DNA from: an uncultured Thermoplasmata archaeon
GTDB taxonomy: Archaea; Thermoplasmatota; Thermoplasmata; Lutacidiplasmatales; UBA184
NCBI GenBank assembly: GCA_963749205.1
Contig: CAVVLW010000006.1
Location: 129,176-193,175, forward strand
DNA: 64,000 nucleotides
Reading direction: 5' to 3'
The notes beneath the pieces are model-generated. The model was not told where the DNA came from. It ran no database searches and was given only the letters and a program-made list of their open reading frames with translations. The stretch's first letter is position 1; every line of letters begins with the position of its first letter. Shown here piece after piece: positions 31,899 through 41,694 of this stretch. The position numbers were made by a program, and so were the translations under genes.

Positions 31899-33722
31899 GT
31901 GATCGATCCCGTGCAACTCGCGAACGACATCGCGGGCAACGTCGCGGTCCTCGCCTTTCCCGCAGCCCTCTGGGCCTTACTCTACCTCCTCGCATGGGAG
32001 CACGGGCCGTTCGCTGCCAGTATCGGCTTCGGCCGCCGAACGTTCTGGCTGCTCGTGCCGGGAGCGCTCCTCGCCACCCTGGTGCTTCTGCCGGTCGCAC
32101 CCGTCGCCCGCGATTGGGTCGCCGTGAGCTTCGCCGGCGCCCTCTTCCCGCTCCTCATCGCGACCCTCGCGTTCGAACGGTTCGCGTCGCCCGGCGCGCG
32201 GAGCGTCGTGCTCTACCTCGCTCTCCTCGGCGCGGAGACCGCGGCGCTGCTCGCGCTGGTCGTGTTCGTCGCCGCTCCCTCCGACCAGCTGGTGGCCATG
32301 GTCTCGGTCGCGGTGGGGGTGCCGGTCGCGGTGGGAGCCGTCGCGATCGGCGGCCATCGACCATTGCTGGGGCGGGTCGTCTTCGTCCTCGGGCTGACGT
32401 CGGGCGTCCTCCTCTTCACGTTCCTCACTTCGGTCGCGGTCCCGGGGGTCGGGATCGAGGAGTCGTTCCCGGTGTACCTCCTTCCCCCCATCGGAGCGGG
32501 GGTGATCGCGGCCCTCACCGCCGAGTGGGTGTTTCCCGGTGCGGAGGGGTTCGCCCTACCGGTCGCGTACGCGTCCAGCACGTTTGGGGTCCTCGTCGGC
32601 GCCGACGTGCTGCGCCAGCCTCCGCTCTACGCCGCGGGGTCGCCGGCCGGCCTGTACGCGATCGGGGGTGCGGGGGTGTTCGACCTCGTCTATCTCTCGG
32701 GGCTCCTCGCGCTCGGCGCGGCGTACCTCACCCACCGCGCGCTCAGCCGCGGCTTCTCGCCCGTCGGCTCCTCCCTCCCTGCCACGGCTCCGACACCGGT
32801 CGGGCGCCTCGGTCGTGCGTTCCACGCGGGGGTCGAGGGGCGGATCGATGAAGCCCTGAAGGACTCCGCGACCGCCAGCCGCGAGTCCGCGTCCCAGGCG
32901 CGTCGGCTGCTCGCGCGCCCGGTCGCGCCCGAGGACCGACCGTGGCAGGACCTCCCCGTTCCGGGTTGGGTGGTCAGCGACCAGGCGAACCTGGATGCGG
33001 TCGCTCGGACCGGGTCGACCGACGGTCGCGAGGGATTCCGCGGATTCCTGACCGCCCGATGGATGGTCCTCCTCGGCCGCGAACTCGGACTGTCCCGATT
33101 CAGCACGGTGGGTTCGCGCGTGGCGGCCTTCTTGATCGACCTCGTCATCGTGACCGCCCCGGCCGCGGCGCTGTGGGTCTACCTCATCGAGGTAATCCCG
33201 GGGTCGCTCAACGACCTCGCCGCGAGTGTCGGGTTCAACACCGCGATCTACGGGTACGCCGCGCTCGCGTTCCTCTATTTTGCCCTCGCGGAGACTCTGG
33301 GGGGACGGACCCTCGGGAAGGCCGCGCTCAGGATCGCGGTCCGGGACCGGCAGATGGGTCGACCGAGCCTCTCCCCGTCCCTCCTCCGGAACGCCTTCAA
33401 GTTGCCCACGCTCACCGTGCTCGGGGTCGGGCTCGCGGTCGCGCTCCTCTTCCTGCTCAAATCGGGGACGAGTGGATCCCTTGCAGTAGCCGGTGGGGTC
33501 CCGGTCGCGTTCGGTTTCCTCGACTTCCTCGGTGTCCTCGCCTTCGTCGCCGGCGGGGTAGGACTGCTCGGGGCGGTCGGCGTCCTCGAGATCGTCCTCA
33601 CCGCCGAGCGGCAGCGGTTCGGCGACTTGGTTGCGGGGACGTGGGTCGTGCGGACTACCCGGCCCCCGGAGGCGACCCCGGCCCCGCCGCCGGCGGGACC
33701 GGGAGGGGCGCGGTCCGGATGA
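31899..33722 (+). CDS. Polytopic membrane protein, DUF1614-like N-terminal half fused to an RDD-family C-terminal domain
   Basis: Intact 607-aa ORF with a GTG start. Many TM helices are present. GVLVGADVLRQPPLY and GGAGVFDLVYLSG are DUF1614-like. FLIDLVIV...LAETLGGRTLGKAALRIAVRD is RDD-like. Confidence 0.6.
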   Translation: MIDPVQLANDIAGNVAVLAFPAALWALLYLLAWEHGPFAASIGFGRRTFWLLVPGALLATLVLLPVAPVARDWVAVSFAGALFPLLIATLAFERFASPGARSVVLYLALLGAETAALLALVVFVAAPSDQLVAMVSVAVGVPVAVGAVAIGGHRPLLGRVVFVLGLTSGVLLFTFLTSVAVPGVGIEESFPVYLLPPIGAGVIAALTAEWVFPGAEGFALPVAYASSTFGVLVGADVLRQPPLYAAGSPAGLYAIGGAGVFDLVYLSGLLALGAAYLTHRALSRGFSPVGSSLPATAPTPVGRLGRAFHAGVEGRIDEALKDSATASRESASQARRLLARPVAPEDRPWQDLPVPGWVVSDQANLDAVARTGSTDGREGFRGFLTARWMVLLGRELGLSRFSTVGSRVAAFLIDLVIVTAPAAALWVYLIEVIPGSLNDLAASVGFNTAIYGYAALAFLYFALAETLGGRTLGKAALRIAVRDRQMGRPSLSPSLLRNAFKLPTLTVLGVGLAVALLFLLKSGTSGSLAVAGGVPVAFGFLDFLGVLAFVAGGVGLLGAVGVLEIVLTAERQRFGDLVAGTWVVRTTRPPEATPAPPPAGPGGARSG

Positions 33723-34014
33723 GGGGGATCGCGATCGACGAGACGTTCGCGTCGCGCCCGTCCCGGTTCACGAGCCGTTCCGTACCGATCACGATCGGCC
33801 CCAGGTCGACCTGACCCTCCAGGAACCGGCGGCGGACGACCTCGACCACGTCGACTGCCTTCGCGATCGCGTTCCCGCGGGCCTTGACGACGACCGGGCC
33901 GGCCCCCGAGTTGAGCTGGGTCACCACCTGAAAGACGTAGGTCATCGTCGGCTTGAGGCCGATGAACACCGTCGCTCCGACGGTGTCGGGGGACCGTCGT
34001 TTCTCCTCCACCAT
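33655..34014 (-). CDS. albA: DNA/RNA-binding protein Alba with a Pro/Gly-rich C-terminal tail
   Basis: ATG 34014. Motifs VFIGLKPTMTYVFQVVTQL and VVVKARGNAIAKAVDVVEVVRRRF. The tail overlaps the convergent upstream gene by 68 nt. Confidence 0.8.
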   Translation of the reverse strand: MVEEKRRSPDTVGATVFIGLKPTMTYVFQVVTQLNSGAGPVVVKARGNAIAKAVDVVEVVRRRFLEGQVDLGPIVIGTERLVNRDGRDANVSSIAIPLIRTAPLPVPPAAGPGSPPGAG

Positions 34015-34135
34015 GGGCCGGCTCCCACCGCGCCTCCGTACAAGGCTTTTTGCGCGCCCGCGTCCCTCGGCCGTTCCGGTGAACGAGCGCGTTCGCAAAG
34101 GTTATCGCTCGGGCTCCGTACGCGCGACCGGTCGT

Positions 34136-34220
34136 GCAGGGGTGGCCCAGCTTGGTCAAAGGCGCCAGGTTGAGGTCCTGGTCTCGTAGGAGTTCGTGAG
34201 TTCAAATCTCACCCCCTGCA
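34136..34220 (+). tRNA. tRNA-Leu (anticodon GAG)
   Basis: Hand-folded cloverleaf. Acceptor GCAGGGG/CCCCTGC plus discriminator A. Anticodon arm CCAGG-ttGAGgt-CCTGG. Long variable arm. T-arm GTGAG-ttcaaat-CTCAC. Confidence 0.9.
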
Positions 34221-34238
34221 TACCTATCGGGTACGTTG

Positions 34239-35327
34239 ATGGCCGACCCTTCCTTCGTTTGTCCCCACTGCGGGGCGCCCCTCCCCGAGGATGTGCTTGT
34301 CTGCCCGACCTGCCACACTCCGCTGGACCTCCCCGCTCTCCTCCCCCAACGCGCGAGGGCAGAGGCGGCTTCGGACCCCGAGAGGGAGGAGCGCGACACC
34401 GCTCCCCCGCCCGCGCCATCCCCCGCGTCCCTCCCGACCGACCCGGAGGAGCCCGCCACCGGCGCCGATACTACCCTGTCCCGGGCGCGGCCGCCGACGA
34501 AGCCGCCGGCGCGACGCGGCGCGGCCCCGCCGGGGAATCCGTTCGCCGCCGAGCTCACGCGTCGGCTCGCGCGGGTCGCCCAGTGGGCCGAGGGCGCCGA
34601 ACCGCTCGGGGTTCAGATCCCCCGGCTCCCTCCGTGGGCCGAAGAAGCCGCACGGACGTCGTGGAACCCCGAGCCGTGGGCGGAGGCGGTCCGCGGGATC
34701 GAGCGGATCGCCCAGAAGCGGATCGTCGCCGGCTTCGAGGACTGGCAGAAGCGAACGAAGGCCCGCCTGACGCGCCTCGAGGCGTACTCGGTCGACAGCC
34801 GGCTCGAGCGGGACCAGATCGAGGACACCCTCCACGCGGCGCGGACCGGCGACATCGCCCAGGCGCTGTCCACGTTCCAACAGGTCGACCGGGTCGTCTC
34901 GCTCAAGGAGCGGCATCTCGACCAGGCGAGGGAAGAGCTGGAACGGGTCGTGGCACTCCTGCGCGACATGCAGGCGCTCGGGGTCGACCCGCCGCAGGAC
35001 CCGACGAGCATCGAGGACGACCTCGAGAGCGAGCTCCGGGCCGGGAAGCTCGCGCCGCTCAAGCAGCAGATCCGCGCGCTCCGACTCCAGGCCGTGAACC
35101 GCTTGAAGGCCGGCCTCCCGCGCTACATCGCGGACTACGGCGACTATCTCCTGGACGAACGCGCCCACGGGATCGCGACCGAGCTCGAGGCGACGGAGCT
35201 CGCGCGCGGGGCGCGCGAGTTCTTCCGCGGCCACCCCGAGGAGGGCCTCCGCCGGCTGCGCGCGCTCCAGCAGACCCACGGGCTGCCGCCGAGCCGCTCG
35301 ACGTATTCGGGCGCGGGCCGGCGCTAG
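34239..35327 (+). CDS. Hypothetical zinc-ribbon protein with a long helical (coiled-coil-like) C-terminal region
   Basis: The N-terminus is CPHCGAPLPEDVLVCPTCH. A Pro/Ala-rich linker follows, then a charged helical region. No family recognised. Confidence 0.5.
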   Translation: MADPSFVCPHCGAPLPEDVLVCPTCHTPLDLPALLPQRARAEAASDPEREERDTAPPPAPSPASLPTDPEEPATGADTTLSRARPPTKPPARRGAAPPGNPFAAELTRRLARVAQWAEGAEPLGVQIPRLPPWAEEAARTSWNPEPWAEAVRGIERIAQKRIVAGFEDWQKRTKARLTRLEAYSVDSRLERDQIEDTLHAARTGDIAQALSTFQQVDRVVSLKERHLDQAREELERVVALLRDMQALGVDPPQDPTSIEDDLESELRAGKLAPLKQQIRALRLQAVNRLKAGLPRYIADYGDYLLDERAHGIATELEATELARGAREFFRGHPEEGLRRLRALQQTHGLPPSRSTYSGAGRR

Positions 35328-35854
35328 AGGATCCGCTCGAACAGCCGGACGTCCTCGTTCCACTCGTGCTTGTGGAGGACCCCGCACTCGGAGAACCCGA
35401 GGTGCTTGTAGAGCGCGAGGGCCGCGGGGAATCGGGACAGGGCATCCGCCCAGATTTGGGCGGCGTTCGCGTGGCGCGCCCACTCGACGCCGGCCGCGAT
35501 GAGCGCGGTCCCGGTCCCCTTCCGCCGGTCGTCGGGGTCGACCGCGAGGTGGACCAAGTGACAGTTCCCATGCGCGACCTCGCAGCCGACGATGCCGACG
35601 AGGCGGCCGTCGCGCCGGGCGGCGAAGTAGGTGACGCCTTCCATCCAGCTCGTGAATTCGAGCGGGGTCGGCTGCCACGATTTCACGAGCTCGGGAGGGA
35701 GCCCGGGGTTCGGAGGGGATTCCCAGACGCGCCGGTAGAGCCCGCAGATCTCCGGAACGTCCTGGTGGGTGATCCGTCCGACCGTCACGGCCGCGTCCGG
35801 CAGTTTGGTGGAGGGCGTGGGCGCACGCTCTCCTCCCCGGTCCGACCCGTGCAT
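35324..35854 (-). CDS. GNAT-family N-acetyltransferase
   Basis: ATG 35854 lies within the fused ORF 35324..37105. The acetyl-CoA motif is LAVDPDDRRKGTGTALI, and YKHLGFSECG is present. Confidence 0.75.
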   Translation of the reverse strand: MHGSDRGGERAPTPSTKLPDAAVTVGRITHQDVPEICGLYRRVWESPPNPGLPPELVKSWQPTPLEFTSWMEGVTYFAARRDGRLVGIVGCEVAHGNCHLVHLAVDPDDRRKGTGTALIAAGVEWARHANAAQIWADALSRFPAALALYKHLGFSECGVLHKHEWNEDVRLFERIL

Positions 35855-35949
35855 CGCCGCCAAGCTACGATCTCCGGTCCGGAACCGTGGGCGGTCCACG
35901 CGCACTCGCGCACTTGAATCTTGCTGCGCTAAAACGTCGGGCGGACGCG

Positions 35950-37254
35950 TTACGGGGTGTGGCGCGAGGGAGTTCGGGGAAACGGCGTCGTTTCCCGGAT
36001 GTGCTCTCGGCGGAGCATCCAGCGCAGGACCCGCTCGACCCCGATCCCGAATCCGGCGTGCGGGATGTTGCCGTGGCGCCGGAGGTCGAGGTACCATTCG
36101 GTACTCTTCGGGGCGGGCTCCGATCTCGAGGACCCGCTCTCGGAGGCGGTCGAGGTTCGTCTCGCGGCACGACGCGCCGACGATCTCGCCGTACCCTTCG
36201 GGGCCGAGGAGGTCGGCGGCCTCGACCGTGCGCGGGTCGGTCGGGGAACGCTCCATGTAGAACGCCTTGAGCTCCCGCGGGTAGCGGGTGACGAAGAGCG
36301 GCACCTGGGACTCGAGGGTGAGCGCGCGCTCCTCGGCGGTCCCCAGGTCGCTGCCGAACGCGACGGGAAACCCCTGCTTCGTGAGCCGCTCGATCGCCTC
36401 CGCGTAGGGGAGCCGGGGGAAGGGGGGTTGAAGCGCGAGGAGCTCCTCGGGCTTCCGGCCGAGCGCGCGGAGCTCGGTCGGCCGACGCTCGGCGACCGCG
36501 TGGCAGAACGACGTGAACATCCGCTCGACGAAGTCGATCAGTCCGTCCAGGTCGCACCAGGCGAGCTCGACCTCCAGATGCTGGTACTCGGTCAAGTGCC
36601 GGGGGGTCCGTGACTTCTCGGCACGGAACGACGGGGTGAGCGCGTAGACGCGCTCGTGGGGGGCGAGGAGGGCTTCGAGGTACAGCTGCACGCTCTGGGA
36701 GAGGTAGCCCGGTCGGCCGAAGTAGTCGATCTGGAACGCCTCGGCCCCGCCTTCGGCCGGGTTCCCCGTGAGGATCGGTGGCGTCACCTCGAGGACCTCC
36801 TCCGCGTCCAGGAACTCGCGCATGGCGCGCAGGAGTTCGGCCTTGACCCGGAACGTCGCGACGTGCTCCGGGGAACGGATGACGAGGTGGCGTTTGTCGA
36901 GCCGGAACTCCTCGGTCTGCTCCTGGAAGATCGGGAACGGCAGTCCCGGGTCGATGATCTTCACGGTCCGAGCCCGCACTTCCCGCCCTCCTGGCGCGCG
37001 CGGGTCGTCGGCGACCGTCCCTTCGACCTCGATCGCCCCCTCGACCTGGACGTGCTCGGTCGCGTCGAACAGCTCGGGACCGAGGACGTCCTTCTTGCCG
37101 GTCACCTGGACCGTGCCGGTCCGGTCCCGGAGGTGGAGGAAGAGGATCCCCCCGACGAGCGCGAGCGTTGCACCCAGCCGCGGACGTGCACCATGCGACC
37201 GAGCGCTTCGGGGGCGAAGACGCGGGAGACGGGGTCGACCGGGGCTCCGCTCAC
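35950..37254 (-). CDS. asnS: Class IIb aminoacyl-tRNA ligase, asparagine--tRNA ligase-like (AspRS not excluded); two frame changes
   Basis: GTG 37254 overlaps the tfs stop (GTGA). The OB-fold start ([10 protein letters not shown]) is in the 37102..37365 frame. The core ([33 protein letters not shown]) is in the 35324..37105 frame. The C-terminus is recovered in a third frame ([34 protein letters not shown]), with the stop at 35950. Confidence 0.7.
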
Positions 37255-37558
37255 TGGTACTCTCGCCACTTGTAGCCGCACTTGGTGCACTCGAAGATCC
37301 GGGTCTCGGGCTCGTCCGACCCGCGGGTCTGGCGGAGGACCCAGTACGCCTTCGTGTTGCCGCACTTCGAGCAGAGCTCGTCGGCCGTCGGGAGCGTCAC
37401 CGTCTTCGAATCAACGACCGCCATCCCCCGGCCCTGGGCGTCGAACGGCCGACCTCGACCCCCCGGCCCAGCGGCACCTTCTTTCCGCACGCCGAGCAGA
37501 CCCAGACCCCGGCGGCCTGGTCCGGACGCATCAACCGCTTGCAGTTCGGACAGAACAT
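37251..37558 (-). CDS. tfs: Transcription factor S (TFS / RpoM-like); one frame change
   Basis: The N-terminal zinc ribbon MFCPNCKRLMRPDQAAGVWVCSACG starts at ATG 37558. The C-terminal zinc ribbon CSKCGNTKAYWVLRQTRGSDEPETRIFECTKCGYKW is in ORF 37251..37490. The frames join in the linker, probably at c-run 37459-37464. Confidence 0.8.
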
Positions 37559-37686
37559 GGAGGACTTCAACACCGGGGGGACGGTATTTAACGCTGGGCG
37601 GGCGGATGGCTTTGCCCAGCAGCTAGTTTCTGTTCACGGGTTGTTGGGCGGGCCGCTGGATTTCTGTGCCCGCCGCAAGGGGACCT

Positions 37687-38304
37687 CTACGAGCTGGCCC
37701 GGGCATAGTGAAGTTGCACTTCCCCGGTCTTGAGGGGCCGCGCCTCAATCAACGTGAAATCTTGTCTCCCCGGCGCTCCACGGGGAACGACATCTTCCTC
37801 GTGGTCGGGGTTGCCCGCCACGCGGAAGAGTGGCTTCCCGCCTCCCACGATACTGGGAAACATGATGATGAACAGCTCGTCCACGAGAGCCCGTTCCAAG
37901 AGGGATTGGGCGAGTTTGGGACCTCCGCCCAGGACGATATCCTTCCCCGGTAGGGACTTGAGGCGGACAACCTCCTCACCCAGGTCCCCCGTGACGATTC
38001 TTGACTTCGTCCAGTCGGCCGACTTGAGTGATTTCGAAAACACGACCTTCTCCGCGCGATCGGCAAACCGCGAGAAATCCTGCATGAACTTCCCCGCGGA
38101 CGGCTCGTTCTTCCAGCGGGGCCAGAATGCGGCCCACTTCTCGTAGGTTCGCCGACCCAGGAGAAGGGTATCGGTTGAATCCATTCGGGAGGTCCACATC
38201 GGTGGTCCCTCGCCGGGATCGTTCGAATCGGTATCCTCGGCGTAGTCGGGAAACTCGGCGACACCGTCCAGGGTCATGAACATCAGCATCAGCACTTTCC
38301 TCAT
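37687..38304 (-). CDS. Dihydrofolate reductase-family protein (RibD C-terminal domain)
   Basis: Intact 205-aa ORF. Motifs MTLDGV, LLLGRRTYE, DIVLGGGPKLAQSLL and DELFIIMFPSIVGGGKPLF. Confidence 0.8.
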   Translation of the reverse strand: MRKVLMLMFMTLDGVAEFPDYAEDTDSNDPGEGPPMWTSRMDSTDTLLLGRRTYEKWAAFWPRWKNEPSAGKFMQDFSRFADRAEKVVFSKSLKSADWTKSRIVTGDLGEEVVRLKSLPGKDIVLGGGPKLAQSLLERALVDELFIIMFPSIVGGGKPLFRVAGNPDHEEDVVPRGAPGRQDFTLIEARPLKTGEVQLHYARASS

Positions 38305-38474
38305 GGGCGACCGCTCCGTCAGAGCTGGAATGTCTCAAGGCACTTAAGGACCGTAAAGTCGGTCGGCCTCTCCCAAGCGAGTTCTTGTGCAACGGGCAGA
38401 GTTTGCGTGCAGAAAGGCGAGTTTCTGTACCGGAGAGGGTATTCGGGCAAAGCCCGGGCGGACGGGCTACCCGA

Positions 38475-39874
38475 TCAACTGCTCGGCCGAGCCGGCGCTC
38501 GACGGCGGCGCGGCCGGCGCGGCGACGCTCGAGGGGCAGCGGAGACGGCTTCGCCCCCGGTGCGCGGAGCTGCCGTAAGTGCTCGACGCGAACGGGAGAG
38601 GTCCTCCTTCGTCCCGATATCGTGGCGGACGTAGTAGTCGCCCCGGACATGGGCGAGCGCGGCCTCGACCCGGGTCCCGGCCTCGTGGATCGCGCTCGCC
38701 TCGCCCACGAGCGCGACCCCGCGAGAGTGGCCGAGCCGAACGGTCCCGGGCCCCGCGGCCTCGACCGCCCCGTAGAACACGTGGACGCCGTCGTCCTCGA
38801 TCGCGCCCGTGTCGATCTCGAGGAGACCGCCGGGCTTCGGGCGGTCCCCGTAGCCGGGGGGAACGAGGTACTTCACGACCGTCGAGCGAAGACGGTACTG
38901 GACGAGGTTCGGGTCGACCCGCCCCCGCGCGACCCCCTCCAAGAGCTCGGCGAAGTTCCCTTCCTCGTAGAGGGTCATCGCGTTGATCCCCTCGGGGTCC
39001 CCGAAACGGGCGTTGTACTCCACCAGGACCGGTCCCCGGGCGGTGAGCATGAACCCGCCGTAGAGGACCCCGCGGTAGGAAATCCCCTCCGCGCGGAGTG
39101 CGTCGACCGTCCGCCGGACGATCTCGATCGCCGCGTCCCGGTCGGAGGCGGAGAGGAACGGCAGGAGGTGGTCGCGCTGGGAGTATGAGCCCATGCCCCC
39201 GGTGTTCCCGCCCGGTTCCCCTCGAGCGCGCGCTTGAAGTCCTGCACCGCCGGCATCGGGTAGATGCCGCTGTCGGTCACGAACGCCATCTGGCTGAACT
39301 CCTCGCCATCGAGCTTCTCTTCGAGGAGGACCCGGCCTCCCTGGAGGAGGAGGGACTTCGCGTAGACGGCGCCCTCCTTCGGCTCGGTGAAATCTGACCC
39401 CTGCACCCACACGCCCTTTCCGGCGGTGAGGCCGTCGGGCTTGACGACGAACGGGACCCCCAGCTCCGCGATTGCCCGCTCGACCTCGTCGACCGTCGTC
39501 GGGGTCGCGACCTTGGGGGACGCCGCGATGCCGTGCCGACCGAGGAGTTCGCGGCAGAACACCTTCGACGATTCGATCCGGGCCCCGTCCCGCGACGGGC
39601 CGACCGTCGGGACCTCCGCGGCGCGAAGGGCATCCGCGACGCCGGCGGCGAGCGGCGCCTCCGGCCCGATAACGGCGATGGCCACCCGCTCCTTCCGGGC
39701 GAACTCGACCACGCGCGCCACGTCGGTCGGGTCGATCCGGGCGGACGCGCTCGCGATCCGCTCGAGCCCGGGGTTGGCGTTCGAGCTCACGACCACGACC
39801 TCGGCGCCGGCCCGTTTGAGGGTCGCGGCGATCGCGTGCTCGCGTGCGCCCCCGCCGAGTACGAGAAACTTCAT
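38475..39874 (-). CDS. purD: Phosphoribosylamine--glycine ligase; one frame change, 3' end uncertain
   Basis: MKFLVLGGGAREHAIA and the ATP-grasp N-terminal two thirds are in ORF 38975..39874. GNTGGMGSYS, GVLYGGFMLT and EYNARFGDPE are in the 38475..39410 frame. The frame change is near 39200. Confidence 0.8.
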
Positions 39875-39904
39875 CCGGACCCGGCTCCCCGGAGGCGGTG
39901 AGAG

Positions 39905-39912
39905 TTATATCG
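39905..39912 (-). promoter_or_regulatory. Candidate TATA box for purD (leaderless or short-leader transcript)
   Basis: The minus strand reads gatataac, with 30 nt between it and the purD ATG (39874). It is the only AT-rich element in the 86-nt tnpB-purD spacer. Confidence 0.3.
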
Positions 39913-39960
39913 GCGTCGCGGCGCCTGCCGAGCCCGACTTCCGAGTGTGACTGAGAACCC

Positions 39961-41200
39961 CTACGTTGGGTAGGGACTCCCCATCTCCCTTCCCGTCCGC
40001 TCCGCCCGTGCCCCTCGGATCGACTCCGAAGGGTAGAGAGGCCTCACCGCATCATGGAGAAGGGCGTCGAGGTCCACTCGAAGACCTCCGAGTTCCCGCG
40101 TCTCCGCGAGAACCTTTCCCGCCAGGTTCGCCCCGGCATTGATCTGCCGGTCCAACTCCCACCCGCACCCGTCACAGACGAACTTGGCCCCCACCCTGCT
40201 TCGGCGACCTTGGATCACGCCACATCTCGGGCAGGTTCGACTCGTGTACCGAGGATTCACAAGGATCACGGGGACCCCGCGTTCCTCGGACTTGTAGAAG
40301 ATCTGACGATGTAACTCCCGACGGGGCCACGAGGAGAGGCGACGACGCAACGCCCCAGACGCACGACGCTTCACCGGGAAGTTCTCGAGCTTCTCGAGGG
40401 CCAGGGCGGACTCCTTGGCGCGGGCGGTCTCCACGAGCGCCTTGCTGATCCGATGGAGTCGTTGGGTGATCCGAGCGTGCTCCCGACTGTCCTTCGCGAC
40501 CGAGCAACTTCCGGGCGACCCGTCGGTCGTGCGTCTTCTTTTGGCTCAGACGTCGCCGTTGCCCGTGATGACGCTCCTGGATAATGCGAACCTCCGGGAA
40601 GGGGACGGTCACCGGGACCGTCCCCCGGGGTGTCAGCTGGACGCCGTCGAGCGAGCTCTCGTTAGTGTCGAGGGCGAGGAGGGAGGTGGGCTCGTAGGGT
40701 TGCGGGACCTCCTTCTCGATCACCACGCTCACTCGAGTCGGTTGGATGTGAATCTCCTTGACCTCGTTCCCGGGGTCGGTGAGAATCGCCCGGTGGTAGT
40801 CCGCGAGGGGGAGGACGAAGGAACTCCACTCCCCCGGGCGGAGGGAAAGCCGGACCTTGCCGGTCATCGAGTCGAGGTGGAACGTCAGTTGGGTGGCAAT
40901 GAGGAACGGGTGACGGACGTAGGGGGTAGTGGAGGAGAGGCCCTCGCGGATGCGGCGACGATGCCCCTTCCCGAGGGCCAGGGCGACCTCAGTGGCGCGT
41001 CGGGCGTGCTGGAAGCTCATCCGGTAGTCGCGGGCGGCACCCTGCGCGAAGGGCACGAGAGAACCGCGGGCGGTGAGACGGAACTCGAGGGCGGCGCGGA
41101 CGGCCTGGTTGACGAGGAGTTGGAAGTCTCGGAGGAGAAGAGTGAGTGGAGCGGAAAGCGGCCCCGTGAGTTGGAACACCAATGCTCGTCGAACGCCCAC
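39961..41200 (-). CDS. tnpB: TnpB (IS200/IS605 OrfB-family, RuvC-like plus zinc-finger) without an adjacent TnpA; one frame change
   Basis: The N-terminal two thirds are in ORF 40172..41200 (LLALDTNESS). The C-terminal third is in ORF 39961..40434 (ALALEKLENF, VNPRYTSRTCPRCG..FVCDGCGWELDRQINAGANLA). The frame change is near 40490. Confidence 0.8.
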
Positions 41201-41390
41201 ACGAAAGTGTCGGAAATCCGGGGGATAAACGCGCGCAGGCCGGTGGAATGTGAACGATGCGTCGCGTCAACGAACGAGGGAGGTGTAACGAACACTCCCT
41301 GCTATGGGAGCGAGACAGTTTTCAGTCAGCCTTCTGACTTCCGCCATGCTTAAGAACCGAGCGCAGGTGGCCCGACTCCCGGTGCCATCG

Positions 41391-41678
41391 ATGGAGCTGC
41401 GCGTCGTCGAAAAGTCCAATGACCTCCTCCGCGTCGAGCTCCCGCGGGGCGAAGAGACCCTCTTGATCCCGCTCGTCGAGGCCCTGCAGAAGGAGGAGAA
41501 GGTCGTCGAGGCGCGCTACTACCTCGGCCACCCGTACCTGGAGCGCCCGACCCTCGTGCTCAAGACCAAGGGCGAGAAGCCCCAGCAGGTTCTGAAGCGC
41601 GTGCTGAAAGACCTCGCCGACCTCTACGGCGACCTCCTGACCGACTTCGAGAAGAAGGCGGACAAGGTCAAGGCCTAG
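41391..41678 (+). CDS. rpoL: DNA-directed RNA polymerase subunit L (Rpo11)
   Basis: MELRVVEKSNDLLRVELPRGEETLLIPLVEALQKEEKVVEARYYLGHPYLERPTLVLKTKG fits the Rpo11 fold pattern. An alternative upstream ATG lies at 41346. Confidence 0.7.
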   Translation: MELRVVEKSNDLLRVELPRGEETLLIPLVEALQKEEKVVEARYYLGHPYLERPTLVLKTKGEKPQQVLKRVLKDLADLYGDLLTDFEKKADKVKA

Positions 41679-41694
41679 GGAGGTCGCTGCGGCG

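Noticed and set aside
31064-32851. 595-aa plus-strand ORF. Similar long ORFs occur at 42905..44719, 62069..63598, 11908..13425, 8054..9547, 14303..15682 and 34196..35917.
   Set aside because: Each is antisense or out of frame to a gene with clear family motifs. All show the same Arg/Pro/Gly-rich off-frame composition.
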